DNA of 64,000 nucleotides from Alphaproteobacteria bacterium (lineage in GTDB: Bacteria; Pseudomonadota; Alphaproteobacteria; RF32; CAG-239), in contig JAGAZZ010000048.1 in assembly GCA_017939155.1 (NCBI GenBank), positions 23,083 to 87,082 on the forward strand, in the 5' to 3' direction. The notes beneath the pieces are model-generated. The model saw only the letters and a list, made by a program, of their open reading frames with translations. It was not told the origin of the DNA and made no database searches. The stretch's first letter is position 1, and every line of letters starts with the position of its first letter. Shown here piece by piece: positions 19,614 through 27,611 of this stretch. Both the position numbers and the translations under genes were made by a program.

Positions 19614-20775
19614 TGACCGCCTCCGATATACTTGGCTTTAATAACGATTTTATGATTTTAAGAGATTTTTCAATATTTTCTAAACTCTCAACACCTATAC
19701 CGAAACGAACAAAATCTTTAGTGCTTTCGCCATATGCAATACCGGAAACAACGGCAATATTATGTTCAATCAACAGTTTTTCGACTAATTCATCCGTTGT
19801 CCCATTATATTCTGATACATTGAGCAGAAAATAGAATGTTCCGACACCCCTTAAAGACTTTATGCCCACATTATTCAAAATCTCACAAACTTTTTTGCGC
19901 TTTTCAGCCATGGCTACTGCTTGAGGACGCGTATAAGCTAAAATTTCTTCAAAATGTTCCGCCATATAATCTTGTAAAATAGTAGGGGCACAGGTAATAA
20001 GGTGTTGATTGAGTTTCAAAATCTGTTTAATCACTTGTTCGTGGGCTATGACATAACCGACACGCCAACCAGACATTCCCATATTTTTTGATAACGAATT
20101 GACAATAATAATATTTTCCTTACTCTTATCAATCTGCGCCAAAGAAATAAAAGTGTCCGTCCTAACTAAAAAATCGCTGTAAGCCTCATCTGATAAGATA
20201 AAGAGATTGTGTTTACGAGCTAAATCGACCAGATAAGTCATTTCTTCTCGCGAATAGAGCTGACCTGACGGATTGTTCGGATTATTTATCACAATAGCCT
20301 TTGTCCTCGGGGTAATGTAATCAGCCCACTCATAAACACTTTTGGTATAGGGAACAGGAATATGGACACCACCGGCTAACTTAATTTGTTCTTTATAAGA
20401 TAACCAAGCCGGCTCAGCAACCAAGACCTCATCTCCAGCAGATAAAATTGTTTGAAATATCATAAAAATAAGTGGTTTAGAACCGGCACTCACCAGAACT
20501 TCCATTTCAGCATTAATAGGAGATTGATAATTATATTTATACATCTCAGCCAGCTTTTGCCGTAATTTAGGCTGTCCTAAACTTCCCGAATAATGATATC
20601 CTTTTTTCCAATCTTCATCAGAGATTTCAAAACGAGGAATATCAAAAAAGGCTTCTCCTAAAGAATATGTATAAACTCTTTCCCCACGAGATTTTTTATC
20701 ATAAACAATTTGATTGATTTGAATTGATAATGCCTCTGGAATACTTTTTACAATTTTATTTAACTCAGGAATCAT
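19606..20775 (-). CDS. Class I/II PLP-dependent aminotransferase
   Basis: NNPNNPSG and SLSKNMGMSGWRVGY (PLP lysine) motifs. Confidence 0.85.
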   Translation of the reverse strand: MIPELNKIVKSIPEALSIQINQIVYDKKSRGERVYTYSLGEAFFDIPRFEISDEDWKKGYHYSGSLGQPKLRQKLAEMYKYNYQSPINAEMEVLVSAGSKPLIFMIFQTILSAGDEVLVAEPAWLSYKEQIKLAGGVHIPVPYTKSVYEWADYITPRTKAIVINNPNNPSGQLYSREEMTYLVDLARKHNLFILSDEAYSDFLVRTDTFISLAQIDKSKENIIIVNSLSKNMGMSGWRVGYVIAHEQVIKQILKLNQHLITCAPTILQDYMAEHFEEILAYTRPQAVAMAEKRKKVCEILNNVGIKSLRGVGTFYFLLNVSEYNGTTDELVEKLLIEHNIAVVSGIAYGESTKDFVRFGIGVESLENIEKSLKIIKSLLKPSISEAVNG

Positions 20776-21434
20776 TTAATCTTCTCCAATAATGTTATAA
20801 AATTCTGATTAAGAAATTCTTTTTTATCCATGCGTTCATAATAGGCAACAACATCATCTTGACTGAAAAAAGGATAATCTGATGACATTAGAACTCGGTT
20901 CGCAAATGGCGATTCTAAAGCATATTGAATCGCTTGATTGATATAAGGTAATCCTTTTTTATTACCCAGATGCCCAAGTGTCGTATGTGTTAATGCAAAA
21001 TCTATCCATACATTCTTTTGAAAATGACAGATTTTAATAAAATCATTGATTAGATATCCGCCGGAATGAGGAAAAATGAATGGTAAATCAGGAAATTCTC
21101 TGGCTATTTTCCAATAATCATAAGGTGTCCAATATGGTTCATTAAGGGTATCTATCATCACACATTTAGGTTGATTAAGTCTGATTGACTTGATAACTTC
21201 ATCGGGAGTATATTGCTCTCGCCTTGGATGATATTTTACATATTTATGGCTGATTGCTACGCCTATTTCCGTACTCGCAACGTAATAAAAAGCAATATAA
21301 TTGTTTTTCGGATTATGCGCTGTTAATATTTCCTTGTTAGAAAGCGTTTCCTCAAAATACGGTTTTCCCTCTAAACCGATAATAAATCCACCGCTTTCTT
21401 TTGCCTTATGATGAATATGAGCATCAAAAAACAT
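20772..21434 (-). CDS. Amidohydrolase-fold metal-dependent hydrolase
   Basis: N-terminal FFDAHIHH (HxH), an internal FPHSGG, and C-terminal SSDYPF. This is a TIM-barrel amidohydrolase pattern. Confidence 0.7.
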   Translation of the reverse strand: MFFDAHIHHKAKESGGFIIGLEGKPYFEETLSNKEILTAHNPKNNYIAFYYVASTEIGVAISHKYVKYHPRREQYTPDEVIKSIRLNQPKCVMIDTLNEPYWTPYDYWKIAREFPDLPFIFPHSGGYLINDFIKICHFQKNVWIDFALTHTTLGHLGNKKGLPYINQAIQYALESPFANRVLMSSDYPFFSQDDVVAYYERMDKKEFLNQNFITLLEKIK

Positions 21435-21435
21435 T

Positions 21436-22656
21436 TTATTTCTCCAATATTTCTCTCAACATTTGTTGCTCTTGGCGCTTAATATAATCAATGGTCATCA
21501 TAGATTTTCGCCCTTCTAAAATCTCAAAACCAACACGAGCATTATCATTATCTATATTATCAAAGCAACGTCCTTCGACTAAATTTGAACGATTTGAGTA
21601 TCGGCTAATAATGGAGGATTCTAGAAAATCTGTAAAGTTAAACGGTTTTTTAATAATTGAGCCGGCAGGAAAATCATAGAAGAAATAAAGAGAAGATTTT
21701 TCTGTTTGTGGATGCAACCCATTCATAACTGGCATTCCATTTTGAACTTTAATCAAATCAGCTAAAAAATCTGAACCTGAAACAATATCTACTAAATCAG
21801 AAGCAATAAATCCACTAGAACGAGCTCCGATTTCAACTGGAGATAATGTTCCATCTTCTTTTAAGATAATTTCTAAATGACCTAATGACGCTGAAAATCC
21901 TAGAGCTTTATAGCATTTTATAGCTACATCTGCAATTTTGCGCTGTAAGTCATCAGGAACAGCATTATAATGCAATTTAACCGCAATTTTATTATTTACG
22001 GTATTTTTCGTGTGTGTTTTTCGAGACATTCCATAAACGCAAACATTACCATAGTCATCACCAATCATTTCAACTGTAAATTCAGTTCCCTCAACAAACT
22101 CTTCAACAACCACAATATTATTACTGGCCTCATTTTGAGCTTTTTCAAAAGCTTCCCAAACTAATTCATCAGGACTATTTTTTTCTAAAATAGTAATCCC
22201 CCTTGAAGATGCAGAGTTGTCGGGCTTGATAATCATTTTATAAGACTTATTAAAATCTATAATTTCTGACTGCATTTGCATGTATTTTTTTGAAATACGA
22301 TTAAGCAATCCCGATTCTTGCCATTTAGAGGCCATCATTGATTTTGATGAAGAGTATCGCAATCCATCATCACTGATTGTTCTTAAACCAATAGCCTTAT
22401 TTATTTTTGCAACAGAAGGAACAGCTAAATCAATTGAAGAATAAGCAAATGCCACTTGTTCCCAATATCCATCCTGCTGCAGAGAATGAATAATTGCATC
22501 AGCATCTTTAACATCCAAACGATAATGCTTATCGCCAGTCATTTGAGGGTGTTCATTCCAATCAATAACAAAAACAAGATATCCTTTGTCTTTGAATTTT
22601 TTTAAGATACCATAATTTAACCTATTTCCTCCAAGCAACAGAAAAATATTACTCAT
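21436..22656 (-). CDS. ATP-grasp ligase
   Basis: VVEEFVEGTEFTVEMI and LEIILKEDGTLSPVEIGARSSG are typical ATP-grasp core motifs. The start overlaps the fdtA stop (ATGA). Confidence 0.8.
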   Translation of the reverse strand: MSNIFLLLGGNRLNYGILKKFKDKGYLVFVIDWNEHPQMTGDKHYRLDVKDADAIIHSLQQDGYWEQVAFAYSSIDLAVPSVAKINKAIGLRTISDDGLRYSSSKSMMASKWQESGLLNRISKKYMQMQSEIIDFNKSYKMIIKPDNSASSRGITILEKNSPDELVWEAFEKAQNEASNNIVVVEEFVEGTEFTVEMIGDDYGNVCVYGMSRKTHTKNTVNNKIAVKLHYNAVPDDLQRKIADVAIKCYKALGFSASLGHLEIILKEDGTLSPVEIGARSSGFIASDLVDIVSGSDFLADLIKVQNGMPVMNGLHPQTEKSSLYFFYDFPAGSIIKKPFNFTDFLESSIISRYSNRSNLVEGRCFDNIDNDNARVGFEILEGRKSMMTIDYIKRQEQQMLREILEK

Positions 22657-23051
22657 GCTGCAATCTCCTTTAAAAATGTGTCATAATCTCTGATATAGTC
22701 GCTTTCGGCATAGTGCTCGGATGCCAAAACCATAATCACGCAATCAGCAGAGAAATTTGTAAATTCGCGCCATGTATTTCCTGGAATATAAAGCCCCTGT
22801 GTCGGATTATCCAAATGCACCGTTACCTTTTCCTGTCCATTATCTAAAATAAAATCACAAGAACCTGATGTGCAAATAATAACTTGCTCTAAATTGCGAT
22901 GCGCATGTTTACCACGCACAACATCATGTGCCGTGTCCCAAATGTAGTATACTCGTTTAATTTCAAACGGAAAATCATCGCCTTTTTCAAGAGCAATCAA
23001 CTTACCATCATGATTTCCTCTAACTCTAAAGTTTAACAATGCGTACATCAT
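22653..23051 (-). CDS. fdtA: FdtA/QdtA-type dTDP-4-keto-6-deoxyglucose 3,4-ketoisomerase (WxcM-like cupin)
   Basis: 132 aa. FPFEIKRVYYIWD...RGKHAHRNLEQVIICTSGSC...GLYIPGNTWREF matches the FdtA/WxcM cupin family. Confidence 0.85.
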   Translation of the reverse strand: MMYALLNFRVRGNHDGKLIALEKGDDFPFEIKRVYYIWDTAHDVVRGKHAHRNLEQVIICTSGSCDFILDNGQEKVTVHLDNPTQGLYIPGNTWREFTNFSADCVIMVLASEHYAESDYIRDYDTFLKEIAA

Positions 23052-23200
23052 TTAAAAAACTCCTGTTTAATACTTTTAATTCGTTGATATTCCTTATAAA
23101 ACTTTAATGAAGACCCTTGATTGGTCGAAACTCCATTATTTAGATACTCTTCATTATCCATAAGTGGCAGTACAAAAGATTTTGTGACGTAAATACTCAT
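23048..23200 (-). CDS. Candidate 50-aa small ORF coupled to fdtA
   Basis: Not in the ORF track because it is under 60 aa. I translated it as MSIYVTKSFVLPLMDNEEYLNNGVSTNQGSSLKFYKEYQRIKSIKQEFFK. AAAGGAG lies upstream, and the stop TGA overlaps the fdtA ATG (ATGA). Confidence 0.3.
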   Translation of the reverse strand: MSIYVTKSFVLPLMDNEEYLNNGVSTNQGSSLKFYKEYQRIKSIKQEFFK

Positions 23201-23293
23201 CTAAAAACTCCTTTCATAAACAATGTGTCCAACACCTCAGTATTTCAGGGTGCATTTCAAAACAACATATATGTACAATAGCCAAAACAGGTT

Positions 23294-24301
23294 TCATCTC
23301 AAATACCATTCAACCGTCTTAACAATACCGGTGTCAAAAGTTTCATCAGCTTTCCAACCAAGCTTGTTGACCAACTTCGTTGCATCAATTGCATAGCGAA
23401 AGTCGTGCCCGGCTCTGTCTTGAACAAATGTAATCTGCTCTGCATAAGATTTTCCGTCTGCACGCGGTTTTTTCTCATCTAAAATTGCGCATATAGTTCT
23501 AACAATCGTAATGTTATTGCGCTCATTGTGCCCGCCGATATTATAGGTTTCACCCTGTTTCCCGTTATGGAAAATAAGGTCAATCGCTTTACAATGGTCT
23601 AGAACATATAACCAGTCACGAACATTCTCGCCTTTACCGTAAATTGGAAGCGCCATGCCTTTGAGCGCACAGTCAATAATATGCGGAATCAACTTTTCGC
23701 GATGCTGCTTCGGACCATAATTATTAGAACAATTAGAGGTAGTAACATTCATTCCGAAAGTATGATGATAAGCTCTAACAATAAAATCAGAACTGGCTTT
23801 GCTGGCAGAGTAGGGAGAGTTCGGGGCATAAGGTGTCGTCTCACTAAAAAAACCTTCAGTCCCAAGTGTCCCATACACTTCATCGGTTGAAATATGATGA
23901 AAACGGCATTTTTCATACCCTGATTTAACTTTGTTGGGAGCATCCATCCATTGTTTGCGAGCCGCCTCCAAAAGGTTAAAGGTGCCGACAATGTTGGTGT
24001 TAATAAAAGCTCTCGGTCCTTTAATCGAGTTATCAACATGGCTTTCGGCTGCAAAATGAATAATTCCTCTGATGTCGTTTTCTTCAAAGAGTTTCTCAAC
24101 AAAAGCTTCATCACAAATATCGCCTTGCATAAAACGATAGTTGTTCATTTTTTCACATTCTTTGAGGTTGCTCAAATTTCCGGCATATGTCAGCTTATCC
24201 AAGTTTATAATGTTATATTCGGGGTATTTTTCACAGAAATACGGCACAAAGTTTGAACCGATAAAACCTGCACCTCCGGTAATTAAAATAGTTTTAGACA
24301 T
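23294..24301 (-). CDS. rfbB: dTDP-glucose 4,6-dehydratase
   Basis: ILITGGAGFIGSNF Rossmann motif, YSASKASSD catalytic motif and the HISTDEVYG region. The preferred start ATG 24301 (MSKTILITGG) overlaps the rmlA 3' end by 8 nt. Confidence 0.95.
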   Translation of the reverse strand: MSKTILITGGAGFIGSNFVPYFCEKYPEYNIINLDKLTYAGNLSNLKECEKMNNYRFMQGDICDEAFVEKLFEENDIRGIIHFAAESHVDNSIKGPRAFINTNIVGTFNLLEAARKQWMDAPNKVKSGYEKCRFHHISTDEVYGTLGTEGFFSETTPYAPNSPYSASKASSDFIVRAYHHTFGMNVTTSNCSNNYGPKQHREKLIPHIIDCALKGMALPIYGKGENVRDWLYVLDHCKAIDLIFHNGKQGETYNIGGHNERNNITIVRTICAILDEKKPRADGKSYAEQITFVQDRAGHDFRYAIDATKLVNKLGWKADETFDTGIVKTVEWYLR

Positions 24302-25184
24302 GTTTTTTATGCTCCCTAAGTACTCGCTTAAGATAATCTTGATAGGCAATTCCATCTTTTAATTTTTCAATTAAATGAATGAATTTTTGAGTACTGATAA
24401 AGCCTCTTCTATAGGCAATTTCCTCAATACAAGCTATTTTTAAGCCTTGTCTTTTTTCAATAAGTTGAACATATAAACCAGCATCCATAAGACTATCAGG
24501 AGTTCCCGCATCAAGCCATACCGTTCCACGTTTAAGAATGCAGGCATTTAATCGATTTTCTTCTAAATATTTACAGTTAAGGTCAGTAATTTCAAGTTCA
24601 CCGCGAGACGAAGGTATCTGTGTGCGAACTTTTTGTATAACATCATTTTTATAAACATAGAGGCCGACCACTGCATAGTTTGATTTGGGATGTTCAGGCT
24701 TTTCTTCAATAGAAATGATTTTATTATTTTGTAGTTCGTCTATTTCAACCACACCAAATCTTGTCGGATTACTGACATAATATGCAAAAATAGTTGCTCC
24801 TTTGTTATTATCTATCTGTTTTTTAAGAGAATGAATTTGGTCCCCCATATAGAAAATATTATCACCTAAAATCAAGCAAACATCATCATTTTGAATAAAA
24901 TCAGCTCCAATGGTGAAAGCTTGTGCAATTCCTTTAGGTTCATTTTGCACAGCATATTGAATGTTAAGTCCTAACTGTTCTCCCTTACCAAACAAATGCT
25001 CAATATTGGGAGTATCTTGAGGTGTAGATATAATTAAAATATCTTTAATACCAAAAAGCATCAATGTCGAAAGCGGATAATAAATCATCGGCTTGTCATA
25101 CACCGGGAGTAATTGTTTAGAGATTGTCATTGTAAGAGGATAAAGTCGTGTTCCACTGCCTCCTGCCAGTATAATTCCTTTCAT
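24294..25184 (-). CDS. rfbA: Glucose-1-phosphate thymidylyltransferase
   Basis: MKGIILAGGSGTRLYPLT...SKQLLPVYDKPMIYYPLS. The preferred start ATG 25184 is preceded by AGGAG and overlaps the upstream stop (TAATG). Confidence 0.95.
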   Translation of the reverse strand: MKGIILAGGSGTRLYPLTMTISKQLLPVYDKPMIYYPLSTLMLFGIKDILIISTPQDTPNIEHLFGKGEQLGLNIQYAVQNEPKGIAQAFTIGADFIQNDDVCLILGDNIFYMGDQIHSLKKQIDNNKGATIFAYYVSNPTRFGVVEIDELQNNKIISIEEKPEHPKSNYAVVGLYVYKNDVIQKVRTQIPSSRGELEITDLNCKYLEENRLNACILKRGTVWLDAGTPDSLMDAGLYVQLIEKRQGLKIACIEEIAYRRGFISTQKFIHLIEKLKDGIAYQDYLKRVLREHKKHV

Positions 25185-26023
25185 TAAGAATCTCCTATAC
25201 GTATTGAACAAATAGGAAGTTTCATAATTTTAATGACAGTTCTTCCTGTCTTTGTTACTTTCTTTTGCCAAAAAAATCTGTTAATAGACATCATAAACAG
25301 TTTCCAACGATAGTTGCCGTGGTCAATGGCGATAATCGGTGCACCCAAGATTCCGAATATCCGCTCCATAACGTGTGCAAGCGTTCCTTCTTTTACACGT
25401 CCGTCAGTTAAGTCAAAGTCCGAGAGCTGATATGCCAAAAGCGGTTTCAATGCCGCTGTGCGTACTATAAACATTGCACCTGCCACAAACGTCAGCCGTT
25501 GAACTTCCTTTAGTTCCATTTTTTGTAACGCTGCATTTACTCCGGGCAAAAGCTTCTCATAGTCCTGCGTTGCACTGGTTACGCAGTATTTGCTGCCGAG
25601 CATTTCGGCATCTTTTCGAGTATCTAAAATATTGAGGTTTTCTTGCAGAAGAGCAGAGGAGGCAAGCAGACTTTCCCATAAAATTCTACCCCACAGAGCA
25701 TTATCCATTCTGAAACCGTTTAAATGAGTGTAATTACCACTCTTTTTACCTTTGGTGTGTAATTTCAAAACATACTCATATTCATTCAAATCAATTCGAT
25801 GTAAAAATTCAATAAACGGTCCAATGTCATATCCTCGATTTTCCACCACCCAAATTTGCGCGCACGGATGCTCTGTTAAAATTTGCGCCGCTATATCTTT
25901 ATCTTCCTGTGTCATCGTCACAAATAAATCATATTCCACACCGTTTAGTGCCTGCAAATATTTCAATATTTCAGGTAATTGCTCAAAGTAATGCAAATGT
26001 AGATGGACTGCTAGTTTTTTCAT
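25184..26023 (-). CDS. Rhamnan-synthesis protein F (RgpF)-like domain protein
   Basis: LAVHLHLHYFEQL...VVENRGYDIGPF...KLHTKGKK resembles RgpF-family motifs (VENRGRD, HTKKS). It is single-domain length (279 aa). Confidence 0.65.
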   Translation of the reverse strand: MKKLAVHLHLHYFEQLPEILKYLQALNGVEYDLFVTMTQEDKDIAAQILTEHPCAQIWVVENRGYDIGPFIEFLHRIDLNEYEYVLKLHTKGKKSGNYTHLNGFRMDNALWGRILWESLLASSALLQENLNILDTRKDAEMLGSKYCVTSATQDYEKLLPGVNAALQKMELKEVQRLTFVAGAMFIVRTAALKPLLAYQLSDFDLTDGRVKEGTLAHVMERIFGILGAPIIAIDHGNYRWKLFMMSINRFFWQKKVTKTGRTVIKIMKLPICSIRIGDS

Positions 26024-26613
26024 CTATATTCCTCTCCTGCAAAACTCCTTCTAACCTCCGGATGTTCCCGATAAAAAACGTATAATGTCGTTGGGGTAAC
26101 GCCCAACGCTTGAGCAATTTTTAAGTTCGATTCTCCGTTTAATTTGCGGGAGATGATTTCCTCTTCCTTGCCGTCCAAAGTGCGTTTTTTATTTCGCGTT
26201 TTGCGACCAAGCGTAAATCCTTGCGCTTTTTTATCATCTAATGCTCTCTTGGTGACGATTGAGGATAGCGAATTTCTGATATTAATGACCAGCTCCAGCC
26301 CCGCCGGTATCGTTTTCAAATCATCAGGTTGCCACACATACCCTTCTTTAACCAAAACAATCGTCAAATTTTGTTGTGCCAACAGCAAAACACTCTCTTT
26401 TATCTGCAAAAGTGACGTGCCCAACGCAACAATATTGGCAAAGATAACTGTATGATTATTTGTTTTTAAACTGGATTGCAACGCCTTGATTTCAGATTCT
26501 TGAACAAACATATCAACCGTAAGCCCATTTTCTGAGGCATAACAAAGAATTTGTCGCCGTTGGCTCTCAACGTCAATATTCTTGTTATTGTTATCCAAGT
26601 ACCCTAAAATCAT
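26020..26613 (-). CDS. Resolvase-fold protein lacking catalytic residues, with C-terminal HTH (likely regulator)
   Basis: It aligns to serine recombinases (MILGYLD.. vs M.IFGYARVS; C-terminal LKIAQALGVTPTTLYVF HTH). The nucleophile position reads GYLDNNNKN (no Ser) and LDRLGR reads IVALGT. Confidence 0.6.
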   Translation of the reverse strand: MILGYLDNNNKNIDVESQRRQILCYASENGLTVDMFVQESEIKALQSSLKTNNHTVIFANIVALGTSLLQIKESVLLLAQQNLTIVLVKEGYVWQPDDLKTIPAGLELVINIRNSLSSIVTKRALDDKKAQGFTLGRKTRNKKRTLDGKEEEIISRKLNGESNLKIAQALGVTPTTLYVFYREHPEVRRSFAGEEYR

Positions 26614-26865
26614 TATAACTTCCGCTTCTAAAGCTAAAAAAGTATCTTAGCCGATTGTGTTTAACGAACGCTAGTTACAGTAGCTATCGAACGTTAGGCG
26701 CAAAACTTATGAAATATTGCAGAAATATCGGCTTTTACTTTGTTTTTTCTAAAAAAAGAGAGGATTTATACTTGACTTATATAATAAAAAAAAGTATTAG
26801 AAATTAACGTTCCTTAAAATCTAACACCATAAAATAACCTATTTATGTATTATAATCAAATGGTT

Positions 26866-27009
26866 CTAATGAGGTTTAGATTTCAAAAATTCATAAATTG
26901 TAAAGATACTGCACCCCATCAATTTGGCAATCTTAGTCTTGGGAATTCCCTTGTTGATAAGTAACAGGATTTCTTTTTCTTTGCCATCTAAAATGTGCTT
27001 TTTATTCCG
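26866..27009 (-). pseudogene. 3' fragment (HTH part) of a second resolvase-like gene
   Basis: My translation is RNKKHILDGKEKEILLLINKGIPKTKIAKLMGCSIFTIYEFLKSKPH*. It parallels RNKKRTLDGKEEEIISRKLNGESNLKIAQALGVTPTTLYVFYREHPE of 26020-26613. An in-frame TAG and unrelated GC-rich sequence lie upstream. Confidence 0.6.
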
Positions 27010-27125
27010 ACAGCCTTTCGCTGGTAGTCCGCCGCTACGAAAGGCGTTGCCTTTCTACTTGCGGAAACAACTAACCCTTGCAGGGGCTACGCCTGCAAAG
27101 CTAAGAGAAGTTTCGCCCCCTTTTT

Positions 27126-27158
27126 CCAGGGTTCTCATCCAGCACTTCTAACCATAAC
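27126..27158. repeat. 33-nt conserved block, copy A (copy B at 27548-27580)
   Basis: ccagggttctcatccagcacttctaaccataac vs ccagggttctcatccggctcttctaaccataac (2 mismatches). Each lies next to a terminator hairpin and a tRNA 3'-end copy. Confidence 0.85.
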
Positions 27159-27186
27159 AAAAAAAACTCGGATAAACCGAGGCTTT
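27158..27186 (-). terminator. Intrinsic terminator following tRNA 3'-end copy 3
   Basis: Minus strand: CCTCGG-TTTAT-CCGAG followed by TTTTTTTT. Confidence 0.6.
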
Positions 27187-27192
27187 TCTTTA

Positions 27193-27208
27193 TGGTAGGC
27201 GCGCAGGG
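27193..27208 (-). repeat. Direct copy (16 nt) of the tRNA-Lys 3' end incl. CCA
   Basis: tggtaggcgcgcaggg is identical to 27612-27627. Confidence 0.9.
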
Positions 27209-27402
27209 CTGAGGGATAAAAAACAATTTGGGGAATTGTTTTTTGCCCGAAGGCGAGAAAAACTTTAGCTTTTAAAAGTGGTATAAACCACGCATAAAAA
27301 GCTTAGGTTTTCGAGTGACCGAAGCAGAGTTGGCGGGCGCAAGAAGCGCAAGCCATACGAAGCAAGACCGAACCCGTGGGGGGAGAATACCTGCCGCTAT
27401 AA

Positions 27403-27430
27403 CAAAAAACCTCGGATAAACCGAGGCTTT
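27403..27430 (-). terminator. Intrinsic terminator following tRNA 3'-end copy 2
   Basis: Minus strand: CCTCGG-TTTAT-CCGAGG followed by TTTTTT. The hairpin is nearly identical to the one at 27158-27186. Confidence 0.6.
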
Positions 27431-27436
27431 TCTTTA

Positions 27437-27455
27437 TGGTAGGCGCGCAGGGATT
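27437..27455 (-). repeat. Direct copy (19 nt) of the tRNA-Lys 3' end incl. CCA
   Basis: tggtaggcgcgcagggatt is identical to 27612-27630. Confidence 0.9.
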
Positions 27456-27547
27456 GACTTCGTTTCACTGCGCCGCACGGGCGCTCATCGGCTCTCGCCG
27501 ACCGGCGTTCTTCCGCACGCCTTTCGCTTGTAGTCGAACCCTTTTTT

Positions 27548-27580
27548 CCAGGGTTCTCATCCGGCTCTTCTAACCATAAC
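27548..27580. repeat. 33-nt conserved block, copy B
   Basis: See 27126-27158. Confidence 0.85.
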
Positions 27581-27606
27581 AAAAAGCCTCCACGAGGGAG
27601 GCCTTT
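27581..27606 (-). terminator. Intrinsic terminator of tRNA-Lys
   Basis: Minus strand: GCCTCC-CTCGT-GGAGGC followed by TTTTTG. Confidence 0.65.
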
Positions 27607-27611
27607 TGTTA

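Noticed and set aside
26665-26813. Invertible-promoter idea: AACGTT-containing repeats flanking a TTGACT/TATAAT-like stretch upstream of the resolvase-like gene.
   Set aside because: The apparent inverted repeat is only the 6-bp palindrome AACGTT with non-matching flanks. The adjacent recombinase homolog also lacks its catalytic serine.
27470-27560. Hammerhead-like strings on the minus strand (CCGATGAG...GTGAAAC and CGGATGAG...CGAC).
   Set aside because: The conserved core is not met. U4 of CUGAUGA is replaced, extra nucleotides precede GAAAC, and there are no suitable stems I and III.
26924-27582. Track ORFs 26924-27151 (+) and 27397-27582 (-) in the tRNA-proximal region.
   Set aside because: Both run through terminator hairpins and the duplicated tRNA 3'-end copies. 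Neither has an SD. One is antisense to the resolvase-like fragment. They are best explained as chance ORFs in GC-rich non-coding sequence.
27009-27610. Possibility that the CCA-ending structured segments are a two-piece (permuted) alphaproteobacterial tmRNA.
   Set aside because: The CCA-ending strands are exact copies of the tRNA-Lys 3' end. There is no G3-U70 alanine identity pair and no GGGG 5' partner strand. I found no convincing tag reading frame ending in a hydrophobic ..AA. GGGTTCGAC-like strings alone are insufficient.
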